Shown in pieces: positions 37,826 to 47,379 of a DNA stretch of 64,000 nucleotides. Position 1 is the stretch's first letter, and each line of letters begins with the position of its first letter. The stretch comes from Chloroherpetonaceae bacterium (GTDB lineage: Bacteria > Bacteroidota > Chlorobiia > Chlorobiales > Thermochlorobacteraceae). The DNA lies in NCBI GenBank assembly GCA_046292465.1, contig JBKBRB010000005.1, positions 22,536-86,535 of the forward strand. Reading direction: 5' to 3'. The notes under the pieces were generated by a model. That model was not told where the DNA came from, searched no databases, and saw only the letters and a list, made by a program, of their open reading frames with translations. Both the position numbers and the translations under genes were made by a program.

Positions 37826-38044
37826 ATGAAAAAATTGAAGGCAGTTCAACTTAAAATCTGTGGGAGGGAGCGAACGATGTGGAGCATTTGGATTCTCTTT
37901 GCGGTCGTCGGAATTCTGCGCACCCTTTCTTTCTTGATTGAGGAAGCCCGACAAAAGAAACATGGGATTCATTATCCTATCGCACGGCATCTTTCGGCGT
38001 TGGACTTTCATCAACCCCTGAACACGCCCAAGAGCGTCGTTTAG
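37826..38044 (+). CDS. Small hypothetical single-TM protein (start uncertain)
   Basis: One hydrophobic helix (WSIWILFAVVGILRTLSFLI); fills the gap upstream of pstB. Confidence 0.4.
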   Translation: MKKLKAVQLKICGRERTMWSIWILFAVVGILRTLSFLIEEARQKKHGIHYPIARHLSALDFHQPLNTPKSVV

Positions 38045-38198
38045 TTCTTGCCGATGGTGGTTGAGTTTTTAGATTGCACTGCACTTTGCGCCATGTATCC
38101 CCTTATGCTTGAAACAATTTCTTAACATAATCGGCGCGCACTTTTTCTTAACTTTATTGCTCAAAATATCTTCAAAACCCTGATTTAAGTTGAACGGA

Positions 38199-39062
38199 AT
38201 GAAGCCGAATCCGCAAGAAAACGCTACGACCACGAAACTGACTGGCACTCCCACTTCCACCGATATACCGAAAGAGCAATCCGTGTTGCGCGCGCGTCCT
38301 GAAAACGCTCCGACCGTGCTTGAAATTAAAGAACTGAGGTTTTTTTATGGACAAAGTCAGGCTCTTTACGGCATCAATTTGGACGTGCGAAGGGGCGAAG
38401 TTGTTGCTCTGATTGGTCCGTCGGGCTGTGGAAAATCAACCTTGCTCAAAGCCATTAACCGCATTCACGAAGTTTCAAACGAAGTGCGCGTAGAAGGCGA
38501 CATTTTGCTTGACGGTGCAAATATCTACGACAGCGCAATGGACATCACCTTGCTTCGTCGGCGTGTCGGCATGGTGTTCCAAAAACCCAATCCGTTTCCG
38601 AAATCGATTTACGACAATATCGCTTACGGCATGAACATCGTCGGCGGTTTCACCAAAGCACAAATCGACGAAACCGTCGAGCGATGCTTGAAACAAGCGG
38701 CACTCTGGGACGAGGTCAAAGACCGATTGCAGAAAAACGCGCTCGGCTTATCGGGCGGACAGCAACAGCGACTCTGCATTGCGCGCGCGCTCGCCACCGA
38801 ACCTGAAATCATCTTGATGGACGAACCCTGCTCCGCCTTAGATCCGATTTCCACCCAAAAAATTGAAAATCTCATTGAAGAACTCAAATCGCGCTATACC
38901 ATCATTATCGTTACCCACAACATGCAACAAGCGGCGCGCGTGAGCGATAGAACCGCCTTCATGATGCAAGGCAAACTAATTGAATACGACGACACAGGCG
39001 TTATTTTCACTAAGCCTGCACAAAAACTCACCGAAGATTATATTACCGGGCGCTTCGGTTGA
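38199..39062 (+). CDS. pstB: Phosphate ABC transporter ATP-binding protein
   Basis: [35 protein letters not shown] and DEPCSALDP motifs. Confidence 0.96.
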   Translation: MKPNPQENATTTKLTGTPTSTDIPKEQSVLRARPENAPTVLEIKELRFFYGQSQALYGINLDVRRGEVVALIGPSGCGKSTLLKAINRIHEVSNEVRVEGDILLDGANIYDSAMDITLLRRRVGMVFQKPNPFPKSIYDNIAYGMNIVGGFTKAQIDETVERCLKQAALWDEVKDRLQKNALGLSGGQQQRLCIARALATEPEIILMDEPCSALDPISTQKIENLIEELKSRYTIIIVTHNMQQAARVSDRTAFMMQGKLIEYDDTGVIFTKPAQKLTEDYITGRFG

Positions 39063-39096
39063 TACGCATAACCTCAATTACGACTGGCTTTTTCCA

Positions 39097-39750
39097 ATGC
39101 ACAAAACCTTTGAACAGTCCTTAAACGAGTTGCAAGACGTGATGCGTCAATTAGCAGGAGAAACTGAAGAAATTGTCATTGACGCGATTGAGTCGCTGAA
39201 AAACCGTGATGTTGCCCTTGCTAAAAGCGTTATCGAGCGCGATGAACACGTCGACCGAATGGACATTAACGCCGACGAACTTGCTTCCACAATTTTAGCG
39301 CGACAGCAACCCGTTGCCAGCGACCTTCGGCTCATCATCGGTGCGATGAAAATTTCCAACGACCTCGAGCGCATTGGCGACCACGCCGTCAACATCGCCG
39401 AATCTGCCATTACGCTTTCGTCTTATCCCTCAATTCCTGAATCTGACAATCTCTTCTACATGGCGGCACTCGTCCAAGAAATGTTACTTGCCGCGATTGA
39501 ATGTTTTGAAGAGCGCAACACGATAACCGCACGCGGCATCATCAATTCCGACACCGAAGTCGATGAATACAACAAAATCATCACGCAAAATTTGATTGAG
39601 GGCATGTCGGCGCAAACCGTTGATGTCAAAGCAGGCATGGAAGTCGTGAGAGTTTGCAAAAATTTGGAGCGCATCGCCGACCTTTCCGTCAACATCGCCG
39701 AAGATGTGATTTACATTCACGACGGCAAGTTCGTTCGCCACAACTTTTGA
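39097..39750 (+). CDS. phoU: Phosphate signalling protein PhoU
   Basis: QQPVASDLR, DLERIGDHAVNIAE and LERIADLSVNIAE motifs. Start at ATG 39097. Confidence 0.95.
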   Translation: MHKTFEQSLNELQDVMRQLAGETEEIVIDAIESLKNRDVALAKSVIERDEHVDRMDINADELASTILARQQPVASDLRLIIGAMKISNDLERIGDHAVNIAESAITLSSYPSIPESDNLFYMAALVQEMLLAAIECFEERNTITARGIINSDTEVDEYNKIITQNLIEGMSAQTVDVKAGMEVVRVCKNLERIADLSVNIAEDVIYIHDGKFVRHNF

Positions 39751-39756
39751 TTTGTC

Positions 39757-40401
39757 ATGAAAAAGCCGATTGGCGCGCTATGCGTGATTACCGACGTCTC
39801 GATACAATCTCGATACAGCCATCTTGAACTGTGTGAGCTCGCGATTCGTGGCGGCGCAAGCATGATTCAACTGCGCGATAAGCACGCCTCTACACGCGAC
39901 CTTTACGCCCTCGCCGTCGCGATGCAACTACTCTGCACGGGCTTGGGCGCAACGTTCATTATCAACGACCGCGTCGACATCGCCCTCGCTGCTAACACCG
40001 ACGGCGTGCATTTGGGTCAAACCGACCTTCCCATTCCGACCGCACGACACCTTTTAGGAAACGATAAAATCATCGGCGGAACAGCGGCGACGCTCGAAGA
40101 AGCCTTGCAAGTCGAGCGCGATGGCGCAGACTACATCGGCTTCGGACACATCTTTCCGACAATCACCAAAGAAAAACCTTCCGCCCCAAAAGGCGTTGAG
40201 ATGCTATCTGAAGTCATTGCGCATGTGAAAATTCCTGTCATTGCGATTGGCGGCATCTCTCACTCCAATGTTGAAGCCGTTGCACGCACAGGCGCGTCGG
40301 TTGCAGTTGTCTCGGCAGTTTGTGCCGCAGAAAATCCAACCCTTGCAACACGCGCACTTATGGAGACCATATCGGCTGTTCGCAAAAGTTCCAAAGATTA
40401 A
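39757..40401 (+). CDS. thiE: Thiamine phosphate synthase
   Basis: IQLRDK, INDRVDIALA, GVHLGQTD and AIGGI motifs. Confidence 0.94.
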   Translation: MKKPIGALCVITDVSIQSRYSHLELCELAIRGGASMIQLRDKHASTRDLYALAVAMQLLCTGLGATFIINDRVDIALAANTDGVHLGQTDLPIPTARHLLGNDKIIGGTAATLEEALQVERDGADYIGFGHIFPTITKEKPSAPKGVEMLSEVIAHVKIPVIAIGGISHSNVEAVARTGASVAVVSAVCAAENPTLATRALMETISAVRKSSKD

Positions 40402-40491
40402 AAACTGTTCGAATTTTACTTAACTTAACTGTGCAAATTCTTGCGCACAGCATTCGTGTGTTTTTTCAACAACATTTAATTGAGAAGTAAT

Positions 40492-43311
40492 ATGCCTACC
40501 AAAGTTCGTTCTAAATCGAAACCCACATCGAAGAAAAATCCGTTGCCCAAATCGCCATCGCCTAACGGCACTTCATCAAAAAAATCTTCGTCCGCAAAGC
40601 CGCGCTACATCTACTACTTCGGCGATGGAAAAGCCGATGGCACTGCTGAAATGAAAAACTTACTCGGCGGCAAAGGTGCGAACCTTGCCGAAATGACCAA
40701 CATCGGCTTGCCTGTTCCGCCCGGCTTCACGATTACCACCGAAGTGTGCACTTACTACTACGACAACAAGCACACCTATCCGAAAAACTTGTTCGAAAAA
40801 GAGATTCCCGCCGCTATGGCGCGGCTTGAGAAATCCACCGGCAAAAAATTCGGCGACCCGAAAAATCCGCTTCTCGTCTCTGTGCGTTCAGGTGCGCGCG
40901 CCTCAATGCCCGGGATGATGGATACGATTCTCAATCTTGGCTTGAACGACGACACCGTCGAGGGACTTGCCACGCTCACCAACAACCCACGATTTGCGTG
41001 GGATTGCTATCGCCGCTTCGTTCAAATGTATGGCGACGTTGTGCTCGGCTTGAAGCCTGCAAACAAAAAAGATATCGACCCCTTCGAAGCCATTATCGAA
41101 GCCAAAAAGCATCAGCGCGGTATTGAATATGATACCGACCTCACCACCGACGATTTGAAAGACCTCGTCAGTCAATTCAAGCATGCCATCAAAGAGCGCA
41201 CTGGAAAAGATTTTCCAAGCAACCCGTTTGAACAACTGCGCGGTGCTATCAGTGCCGTGTTTGGCAGTTGGAACAATGAACGTGCGATTGTTTATCGCCG
41301 TCTCAATAACATTCCATCAAACTGGGGAACGGCGTGCAACATTCAAGCCATGGCATTTGGAAACTTGGGCGAAAACAGTGGCACAGGCGTTGCCTTCACA
41401 CGCGACCCTGCCACAGGCGAAAATGTTTTTTATGGCGAATACTTAATGAACGCGCAAGGCGAAGATGTCGTCGCAGGAATCCGAACGCCGCTGAAAATCT
41501 CCGAACTGCAAAAGCAAAATCCCACTATCTACGCGCAACTTGAGAAAATTCGTAAGACGCTCGAAAAGCACTTCCGCGATATGATGGATATTGAGTTCAC
41601 GATTGAAAACGGCAAACTCTACATGCTTCAATGCCGCGTTGGAAAGCGCACAGGCTTTGCGGCGATTAAAATCGCGTTGGATATGAAAGATGAGCGATTG
41701 ATTTCCGAGAAAGAAGCCCTCTTGCGCATTGAGCCTGAACAACTTAACCAACTGCTCCGCCCCGTCTTCGATGCTGGCGAAAAGAAAGAGGCGATTGCCA
41801 AGGGACGCTTCATGGCAAAAGGATTAAATGCAGGACCCGGCGCGGCGTCGGGCAAAGTCTATTTCAACGCTGTTGATGCCGAAGCGGCAGGTCAGCGTGG
41901 CGAGCGCGTAATTTTGGTGCGCATAGAAACCTCACCCGAAGATATTCGCGGCATGCAAGCCGCCGACGGCATTTTAACCGCACGTGGCGGCATGACTTCA
42001 CACGCGGCACTGGTTGCGCGTCAGATGGGCAAAGTTTGCGTGGCAGGCTGTGGCGATTTAGAAATTCACTACGACCAAGGCGCGATGACCGTTCGCGGTA
42101 AATCTTTCCGCATTAAAGAAGGCGATTTTATTTCCATTGACGGCACCACAGGCGAAGTCTTTGAAGGTGAAATCAAAACCAGAGATTCAGAAGTTCTGCA
42201 AGTCTTGCTTAAAAAAACCCTGAAGCCTGAAGAGTCGGAAATTTATCAGATGTATGCGCGCGTGATGCAATGGGCGGATAAATATCGCAAGTTGAAATTG
42301 CGCACCAACGCCGACCAGCCCGACCAAGCCCAAACCGCCTTGCTCTTTGGCGCAGAAGGCATCGGACTTTGCCGCAGCGAACACATGTTCTTCATTGAAG
42401 ACCGCATTGACCGTGTGCGACAAATGATTTTAGCGAACACCGAAGAGGAACGCCGCGCCGCGCTCAAAGAAATTTTGCCCTATCAGCGCGTTGATTATTA
42501 CAACATCTTCAAAGCCATGAACGGCTTTCCTGTTACCATTCGCTTGCTCGACCCGCCGCTTCATGAGTTCTTGCCCAAAGAGCCACGCGCACAAAGTCTG
42601 CTTGCCGAAAAGTTGCACAAGACCGTTGAGGAAATTGCTGAGCGCGTCGAGTCGCTCAAAGAACTCAATCCGATGCTCGGCTTTCGCGGCTGTCGTTTAG
42701 GCATTTTGTATCCTGAAATCACTGAAATGCAAGTGCGGGCGATTATGGAAGCGGCTTGCAACGCGGCAAAAGATGGGATTAAGGTCCTGCCTGAAATTAT
42801 GATTCCACTTGTCGCTGATGTCAAAGAACTTCAACATCAAGCGGAGATTATTCGCACTGTGTCTGAAGCAGTATTTGCTGAAAAAGGTCGGCGCGTAGAG
42901 TATTTGATTGGAACCATGATTGAAGTGCCGCGTGCCGCGCTTCTTTCAAGCGAAATTGCGCCTGTGGCAGATTTTTATAGTTTCGGCACGAACGACCTCA
43001 CGCAAATGACGCTCGGACTTTCGCGCGACGATTCGAACCGATTCTTGCCCGCTTACCTTGAAAAAGACATTTACCCGCGCGACCCCTTCGAAGCCATTGA
43101 CCGTGCAGGCGTTGGCAAATTGATGAAGATAGCCAGCGAAGAAGGGCGCAAGGTGAAGCCGAAACTCAAACTTGGCATTTGCGGCGAGCATGGCGGCGAG
43201 ACGAGTAGCGTTGAATTTTGTCATCAACTCGGCTTTGATTACGTCTCGTGCAGTCCGTTCCGTGTGCCGATTGCGCGATTAGCGGCGGCGCGTGCGGCGT
43301 TGAAGTCGTGA
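40492..43311 (+). CDS. ppdK: Pyruvate, phosphate dikinase
   Basis: [31 protein letters not shown] (phospho-His) and GICGEHGG motifs. Confidence 0.98.
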   Translation: MPTKVRSKSKPTSKKNPLPKSPSPNGTSSKKSSSAKPRYIYYFGDGKADGTAEMKNLLGGKGANLAEMTNIGLPVPPGFTITTEVCTYYYDNKHTYPKNLFEKEIPAAMARLEKSTGKKFGDPKNPLLVSVRSGARASMPGMMDTILNLGLNDDTVEGLATLTNNPRFAWDCYRRFVQMYGDVVLGLKPANKKDIDPFEAIIEAKKHQRGIEYDTDLTTDDLKDLVSQFKHAIKERTGKDFPSNPFEQLRGAISAVFGSWNNERAIVYRRLNNIPSNWGTACNIQAMAFGNLGENSGTGVAFTRDPATGENVFYGEYLMNAQGEDVVAGIRTPLKISELQKQNPTIYAQLEKIRKTLEKHFRDMMDIEFTIENGKLYMLQCRVGKRTGFAAIKIALDMKDERLISEKEALLRIEPEQLNQLLRPVFDAGEKKEAIAKGRFMAKGLNAGPGAASGKVYFNAVDAEAAGQRGERVILVRIETSPEDIRGMQAADGILTARGGMTSHAALVARQMGKVCVAGCGDLEIHYDQGAMTVRGKSFRIKEGDFISIDGTTGEVFEGEIKTRDSEVLQVLLKKTLKPEESEIYQMYARVMQWADKYRKLKLRTNADQPDQAQTALLFGAEGIGLCRSEHMFFIEDRIDRVRQMILANTEEERRAALKEILPYQRVDYYNIFKAMNGFPVTIRLLDPPLHEFLPKEPRAQSLLAEKLHKTVEEIAERVESLKELNPMLGFRGCRLGILYPEITEMQVRAIMEAACNAAKDGIKVLPEIMIPLVADVKELQHQAEIIRTVSEAVFAEKGRRVEYLIGTMIEVPRAALLSSEIAPVADFYSFGTNDLTQMTLGLSRDDSNRFLPAYLEKDIYPRDPFEAIDRAGVGKLMKIASEEGRKVKPKLKLGICGEHGGETSSVEFCHQLGFDYVSCSPFRVPIARLAAARAALKS

Positions 43312-43330
43312 TATTTAGCCTCTCAAACAA

Positions 43331-43360
43331 GAAAGCCCTTTCACTCCGAAAGGGCTTTTT
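43331..43360. terminator. Bidirectional terminator
   Basis: aaagccctttc-actcc-gaaagggcttt followed by Ts. Confidence 0.8.
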
Positions 43361-43396
43361 GCATTTGCAACACTTAACAGTGCTTGTGAGCGATGC

Positions 43397-44782
43397 TTAA
43401 AGCCTATCGCCAAAGCGCGTGGGCGTTACATAGTCCGATTCGAATCGTACGCCGAAGTGATAGCCGTAGGCTTTAACGTGTGGAATTTCCCGCGCAAGGT
43501 CCTCGACATCTTCCAAATCGGTATGAACAGGGTCTTTAGAAACGGTGGTATCGTGCAAGAAGAGTTCTGTATCGGCAAACCATTGAGCGGAGGCAATCTC
43601 GTATTGTTCTTTGGTGAGCGAGCCGTTTTGAAGGCGCGCGTTGATGAGATTTTTGGAATAAAGCACATCGCCTGAAATGCCAATTGCGCGACCGTTGTAG
43701 TTGAATTTGAGTCCAATCGTTGGAACCGGGTGGTAGTTTTCGCGAATTTGAATATCGCACCCGAAATAGTTTTTGAAGATTTCACGATTGCTCAAATCGG
43801 TGTAATTGATGTGTTGCATTATGTCGCCGAAGATTGGCGAAAAAATTTCTTTGAGTTGTGCCAACACGGGGTCGACACTCAGCAAACACAGTTTTTCTTT
43901 GCGCTCGATTTTTCGTTGCAGAAGCCCACTGAACCCTTCGATGTGGTCTTCATGGCAATGGGTAATGATATATTCGGTTACAGCGTCGGGATTGACTTGA
44001 AGTTTGACGGCTTTTTCGTAGAAGCGTGCAGGTGGGTCAATCCACATCAGGCGGTCGGCATAGTGGACAATAAAATTGCTTGTTACACCTGGCTTTGAGC
44101 CGATACCATTTCCTGCTACGATGATTCCCAATTCGTCTTCATCTCGTTGAAATGGTTCAATTTGCGAGAGCATCATATCCACATAGAGTGAGGCAGCATC
44201 TTTACCTGTGCTAATCGGATAGAGCGTGGAGTCATATACTAATTTTCCGCCATCATAAATTTTGACTTCTTTTGAATTAGAGACATCAATTCTAACACTG
44301 CCGATTTCGACTTCGCTATTTGAAGAATGCCACTCGAAGACATCGTCAACCCAACGGCGCGAGACAAACTTCGCCTGACGCTGACCGTTTTCGTCATGCA
44401 CAAAATCGCCGTTCATCGTCAATTCCAATCGTCGATAAAGGACTTTTAGAGTTGATTCTTGACCAATGAACTTGATTTTATGTGGACGTTGAAAGTCAAT
44501 GAAGCGCGCCGTCCACAGTTCAAACTCAAAGCCGGTGAGCGAGTCGCCAAGTTGCGTAACAATTGGCTCGGTAACAACGGCGGCAACAGGCAACTTTTTG
44601 AGATGGGGAAAATAACTTTTGAAGAGTTCCGGCACAGCATTGACTTGAACCAACCCTGCCGATGTTTCTACAAGATAAGCACAAAGCGAAAGTTCAGGTC
44701 CGCTCACGCGATAAATGCCGCTTTCAAAAGCGTAGAGGTTGTAATCTACCCGTTTCGGTTGCTTGGTAATGGTAGATGTCAT
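43397..44782 (-). CDS. MBL-fold metallo-hydrolase with an uncharacterised N-terminal domain
   Basis: ITHCHEDH metal motif, HPVPTIG, ISGD, LHD...H; RBS gagaggag. Confidence 0.8.
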   Translation of the reverse strand: MTSTITKQPKRVDYNLYAFESGIYRVSGPELSLCAYLVETSAGLVQVNAVPELFKSYFPHLKKLPVAAVVTEPIVTQLGDSLTGFEFELWTARFIDFQRPHKIKFIGQESTLKVLYRRLELTMNGDFVHDENGQRQAKFVSRRWVDDVFEWHSSNSEVEIGSVRIDVSNSKEVKIYDGGKLVYDSTLYPISTGKDAASLYVDMMLSQIEPFQRDEDELGIIVAGNGIGSKPGVTSNFIVHYADRLMWIDPPARFYEKAVKLQVNPDAVTEYIITHCHEDHIEGFSGLLQRKIERKEKLCLLSVDPVLAQLKEIFSPIFGDIMQHINYTDLSNREIFKNYFGCDIQIRENYHPVPTIGLKFNYNGRAIGISGDVLYSKNLINARLQNGSLTKEQYEIASAQWFADTELFLHDTTVSKDPVHTDLEDVEDLAREIPHVKAYGYHFGVRFESDYVTPTRFGDRL

Positions 44783-44827
44783 TAAGGTTGCTCCTCTCTT
44801 GGCGTATTTTTATTTATCAAACTCAAC

Positions 44828-45370
44828 TCACGACTGTTGCGGCAATGAGTAGGCTGTAAAGGTCCGATAATTGCGCACATAGTTCATGTAATTTCGAGGC
44901 GATTCCATAATTGCTGCTCGCTCAGCATCTGAAATCGGGCGAATCACTTTGGCAGGCACACCGGCAACCATCATTCCCGATGGAACGGTGAAGCCTTGTC
45001 GAACTAACGCGCCTGCAGCAATGTAAGAATATGGCTCAATCGTGCAGTGGTCGAGCAAAATCGCACCCATTCCAATTAACACAAAATCGTGAACTGTGCA
45101 TGCATGTAGCACTGCGTTATGCCCAATCGTAACATCGCTCCCAATGCTGAGTGGTCCAGTGTCGTGCGTCACATGAAGCGTTGCGTTATCTTGAATATTC
45201 GTGCGCTCCCCGACACGAATCGGACACACATCGCCTCGCACAACCGCATTAAACCATACGCTACTATCCGCTCCTAAAACAACATCACCTACAACCACCG
45301 ACCCCTCGCACAAAAATACACTTTCGTGAATTTTCGGATAGATTCCACGATATGGTAAAACCTTAGCCAT
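44828..45370 (-). CDS. Gamma-class carbonic anhydrase family protein (YrdA/PaaY-like)
   Basis: Hexapeptide repeats; VRGD...TNIQD...LHVTH...IGH...LHACT. Confidence 0.9.
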   Translation of the reverse strand: MAKVLPYRGIYPKIHESVFLCEGSVVVGDVVLGADSSVWFNAVVRGDVCPIRVGERTNIQDNATLHVTHDTGPLSIGSDVTIGHNAVLHACTVHDFVLIGMGAILLDHCTIEPYSYIAAGALVRQGFTVPSGMMVAGVPAKVIRPISDAERAAIMESPRNYMNYVRNYRTFTAYSLPQQS

Positions 45371-45409
45371 CGTTAAGTATTGAAATCTAACTTTTTAAGA
45401 GTGAGAGGC

Positions 45410-45425
45410 TGTGATTCTTATCACA
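45410..45425. promoter_or_regulatory. CRP/FNR-family type palindrome
   Basis: TGTGA-TTCTTA-TCACA, an exact CRP consensus in a divergent intergenic region. Confidence 0.55.
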
Positions 45426-45602
45426 CAGGTGAGATGCTTTTGAAGATGCGTGCTCTATTAACATTTTAATCAAGGCGTTTCATTCAGCAACCCACACAGT
45501 TCACTGCACTTGTGTTCTGTTGCTATATCTTCAATTTGTTAAAAAATAAAAGTTTCGCTCTCAATTCCAAAACAAGAAAAATTGCCTATTCGCACTTCAA
45601 CT

Positions 45603-45617
45603 ATTACAGTTTTTTAC
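45603..45617 (-). promoter_or_regulatory. CpxR/OmpR-type direct repeat candidate
   Basis: Minus strand reads GTAAA-N5-GTAAT; TAAGTTTG (-7-type element) lies at 45661-45668. Confidence 0.45.
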
Positions 45618-45702
45618 AAGGCAGAAACATCTTGTTTATGTGCGTCAGCGTATCAGAGGGTAAGTTTGAAGTGCTATTTCTCAAACTAAATTCTATTCAG
45701 CC

Positions 45703-46596
45703 ATGAAAAACTTACTTGCTTTCGTATCGCTCGTTGTTATCGTTACGCTCACTGGCACAGGGTGTGGCGATAAAGGTCAATCGCCTATCGATCCAATCAT
45801 AGCGCAAAACGACGAGCGCGTTCAGTTCTCAAACGGCATTCTGCGCATGATTGAATCTGAAGTCAATCTTTCGGAATCGCAAAAAATCGCGCTCAAAAAA
45901 TTAAGTGATGACCTTGCGTCGGAAATGGCGGTAAAACACACCGCACGCAAAGCCGAAATAGAGGCTTTCGCCAACGCTTTCAAACAAAGCACGCTTTCCG
46001 ATGCCGACCTCGAGAAGATTATGCCGCACTTTTTCCCAAAAGAACAGCGCGCTTCAATGCAAGCCAAACTCGTTCAAGCCCATCAAATTCTGACGAGCGA
46101 ACAACGCGCCAAAATTGCAGACAAACTCGCAGCGCGCCACGACCGCATGACGGCTAAACAGGAAAAGCGGAAAGAGAAAAAAGACACGCGCAGCGTTATG
46201 CGCAGCAGCCTTATGCTCAAAGAACTGACGCGCGAGCTCGACTTGACCGACGCGCAACAAACTGCTACAAAGCAAATCATTGAAACATTTCAATCCAAAG
46301 TCAATGCTGACCCTGAACCCGCACGGCTCGCTCACATGCAAGCCTTCATTCGCGAGTTCAAAAAAGAGAAAATGGACGAAAGCGTCCTCAATCAAAGTGC
46401 GGCGCAACTCGATGCCAAACAAGCCGAAGTGCGTTCAGCCATGAAAGAAGCCGTTCTTTCTTTTCACGCGCTGCTCACACCTGCACAGCGCGAAAAAGCC
46501 TCTGAAAAATTACTTCAAATGGCGGAGCGTCAAGCCAAACTTGACGGCGAATATCACGGACGAAAAAAGCGCTGGGGAAGACTTTATCAAGAGTAA
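45703..46596 (+). CDS. Spy/CpxP-family (LTXXQ) lipoprotein with a duplicated domain
   Basis: Lipobox TGC; LSESQK, LTSEQR, LTDAQQ and LTPAQR motifs. Confidence 0.85.
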   Translation: MKNLLAFVSLVVIVTLTGTGCGDKGQSPIDPIIAQNDERVQFSNGILRMIESEVNLSESQKIALKKLSDDLASEMAVKHTARKAEIEAFANAFKQSTLSDADLEKIMPHFFPKEQRASMQAKLVQAHQILTSEQRAKIADKLAARHDRMTAKQEKRKEKKDTRSVMRSSLMLKELTRELDLTDAQQTATKQIIETFQSKVNADPEPARLAHMQAFIREFKKEKMDESVLNQSAAQLDAKQAEVRSAMKEAVLSFHALLTPAQREKASEKLLQMAERQAKLDGEYHGRKKRWGRLYQE

Positions 46597-46618
46597 TTCT
46601 CTTCACTGATTTTAAGCC

Positions 46619-46652
46619 AAACGAGAGCACCACTTGCAGGCGTCTCTCGTTT
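46619..46652 (+). terminator. Stem-loop between the Spy-like gene and the regulator
   Basis: aaacgagag...ctctcgttt followed by T-rich sequence. Confidence 0.45.
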
Positions 46653-46683
46653 TGTATTTTTCAGGAAAACGCAACCCTGTGAT

Positions 46684-47379
46684 ATGAAAGAAATTCTGCT
46701 CATTGACGACGACCTTTCGCTGGCAAAACTTTTAAGCACCTATTTTCAGAAGTTCGAGTTCCATCTTACGCATGCCTCAACCCCAAGCGCGGCAATGAAA
46801 CTGCTTTCTGAACAATCCTTCGACGCCATTGTGCTCGATGTGATGCTTCCTGAAAAAGATGGCTTCAAAGTTGCGCAAGAGATTCGCCAATCTTATCAAA
46901 CACCCATTATCATGCTCACAGCACGCGGCGACGTTCACGACCGCATTATCGGCTTGGAAATGGGCGCGGACGATTACCTTCCGAAACCGTTTGAACCGCG
47001 CGAACTTGTTGCACGCCTGCACAGTCTTATGCGACGTAGCGCGCCAGCTCACTCGCCTTCTATCTACAAAAGCGGCGCACTGGTGCTCGACGAAAAAACA
47101 TTTTCCGCTACGCTCTTCGATAGCCCGCTCGATTTAACTTCAACCGAATTTGAACTTCTGCTCTTGCTCGTCAAAAACGAAGGCAAAACCCTTTCGCGCG
47201 AGTTCATCATGCAACATACCAAAGGCATTCATTGGGAATCTTACGACCGCACGATTGACGTGATGATTAGCAAACTGCGCTCAAAACTGCACGACGACGC
47301 TAAAAATCCAAAATACCTAAAAACCGTTTGGGGACGAGGCTATGTGTTTGTCGGCTATGATGACCATACACAAGATTAG
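46684..47379 (+). CDS. OmpR-family response regulator (CpxR/RstA-like)
   Basis: LLIDDD, LDVMLP, GADDYLPKPF and winged helix with RTIDVMISKLR...TVWGRGY. Confidence 0.93.
   Translation: MKEILLIDDDLSLAKLLSTYFQKFEFHLTHASTPSAAMKLLSEQSFDAIVLDVMLPEKDGFKVAQEIRQSYQTPIIMLTARGDVHDRIIGLEMGADDYLPKPFEPRELVARLHSLMRRSAPAHSPSIYKSGALVLDEKTFSATLFDSPLDLTSTEFELLLLLVKNEGKTLSREFIMQHTKGIHWESYDRTIDVMISKLRSKLHDDAKNPKYLKTVWGRGYVFVGYDDHTQD

Noticed and set aside
38110-38154. Pho box upstream of pstB
   Set aside because: The repeat units are 26 bp apart, not the 11-bp phasing expected, so it is not called as a feature.
38980-39096. ORF-track N-terminal extension of phoU
   Set aside because: It overlaps the pstB 3' end; PhoU-like sequence begins at ATG 39097.
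40492-40600. Lys/Ser/Pro-rich N-terminal tail of PpdK
   Set aside because: A low-complexity extension with no discernible motif or repeat.
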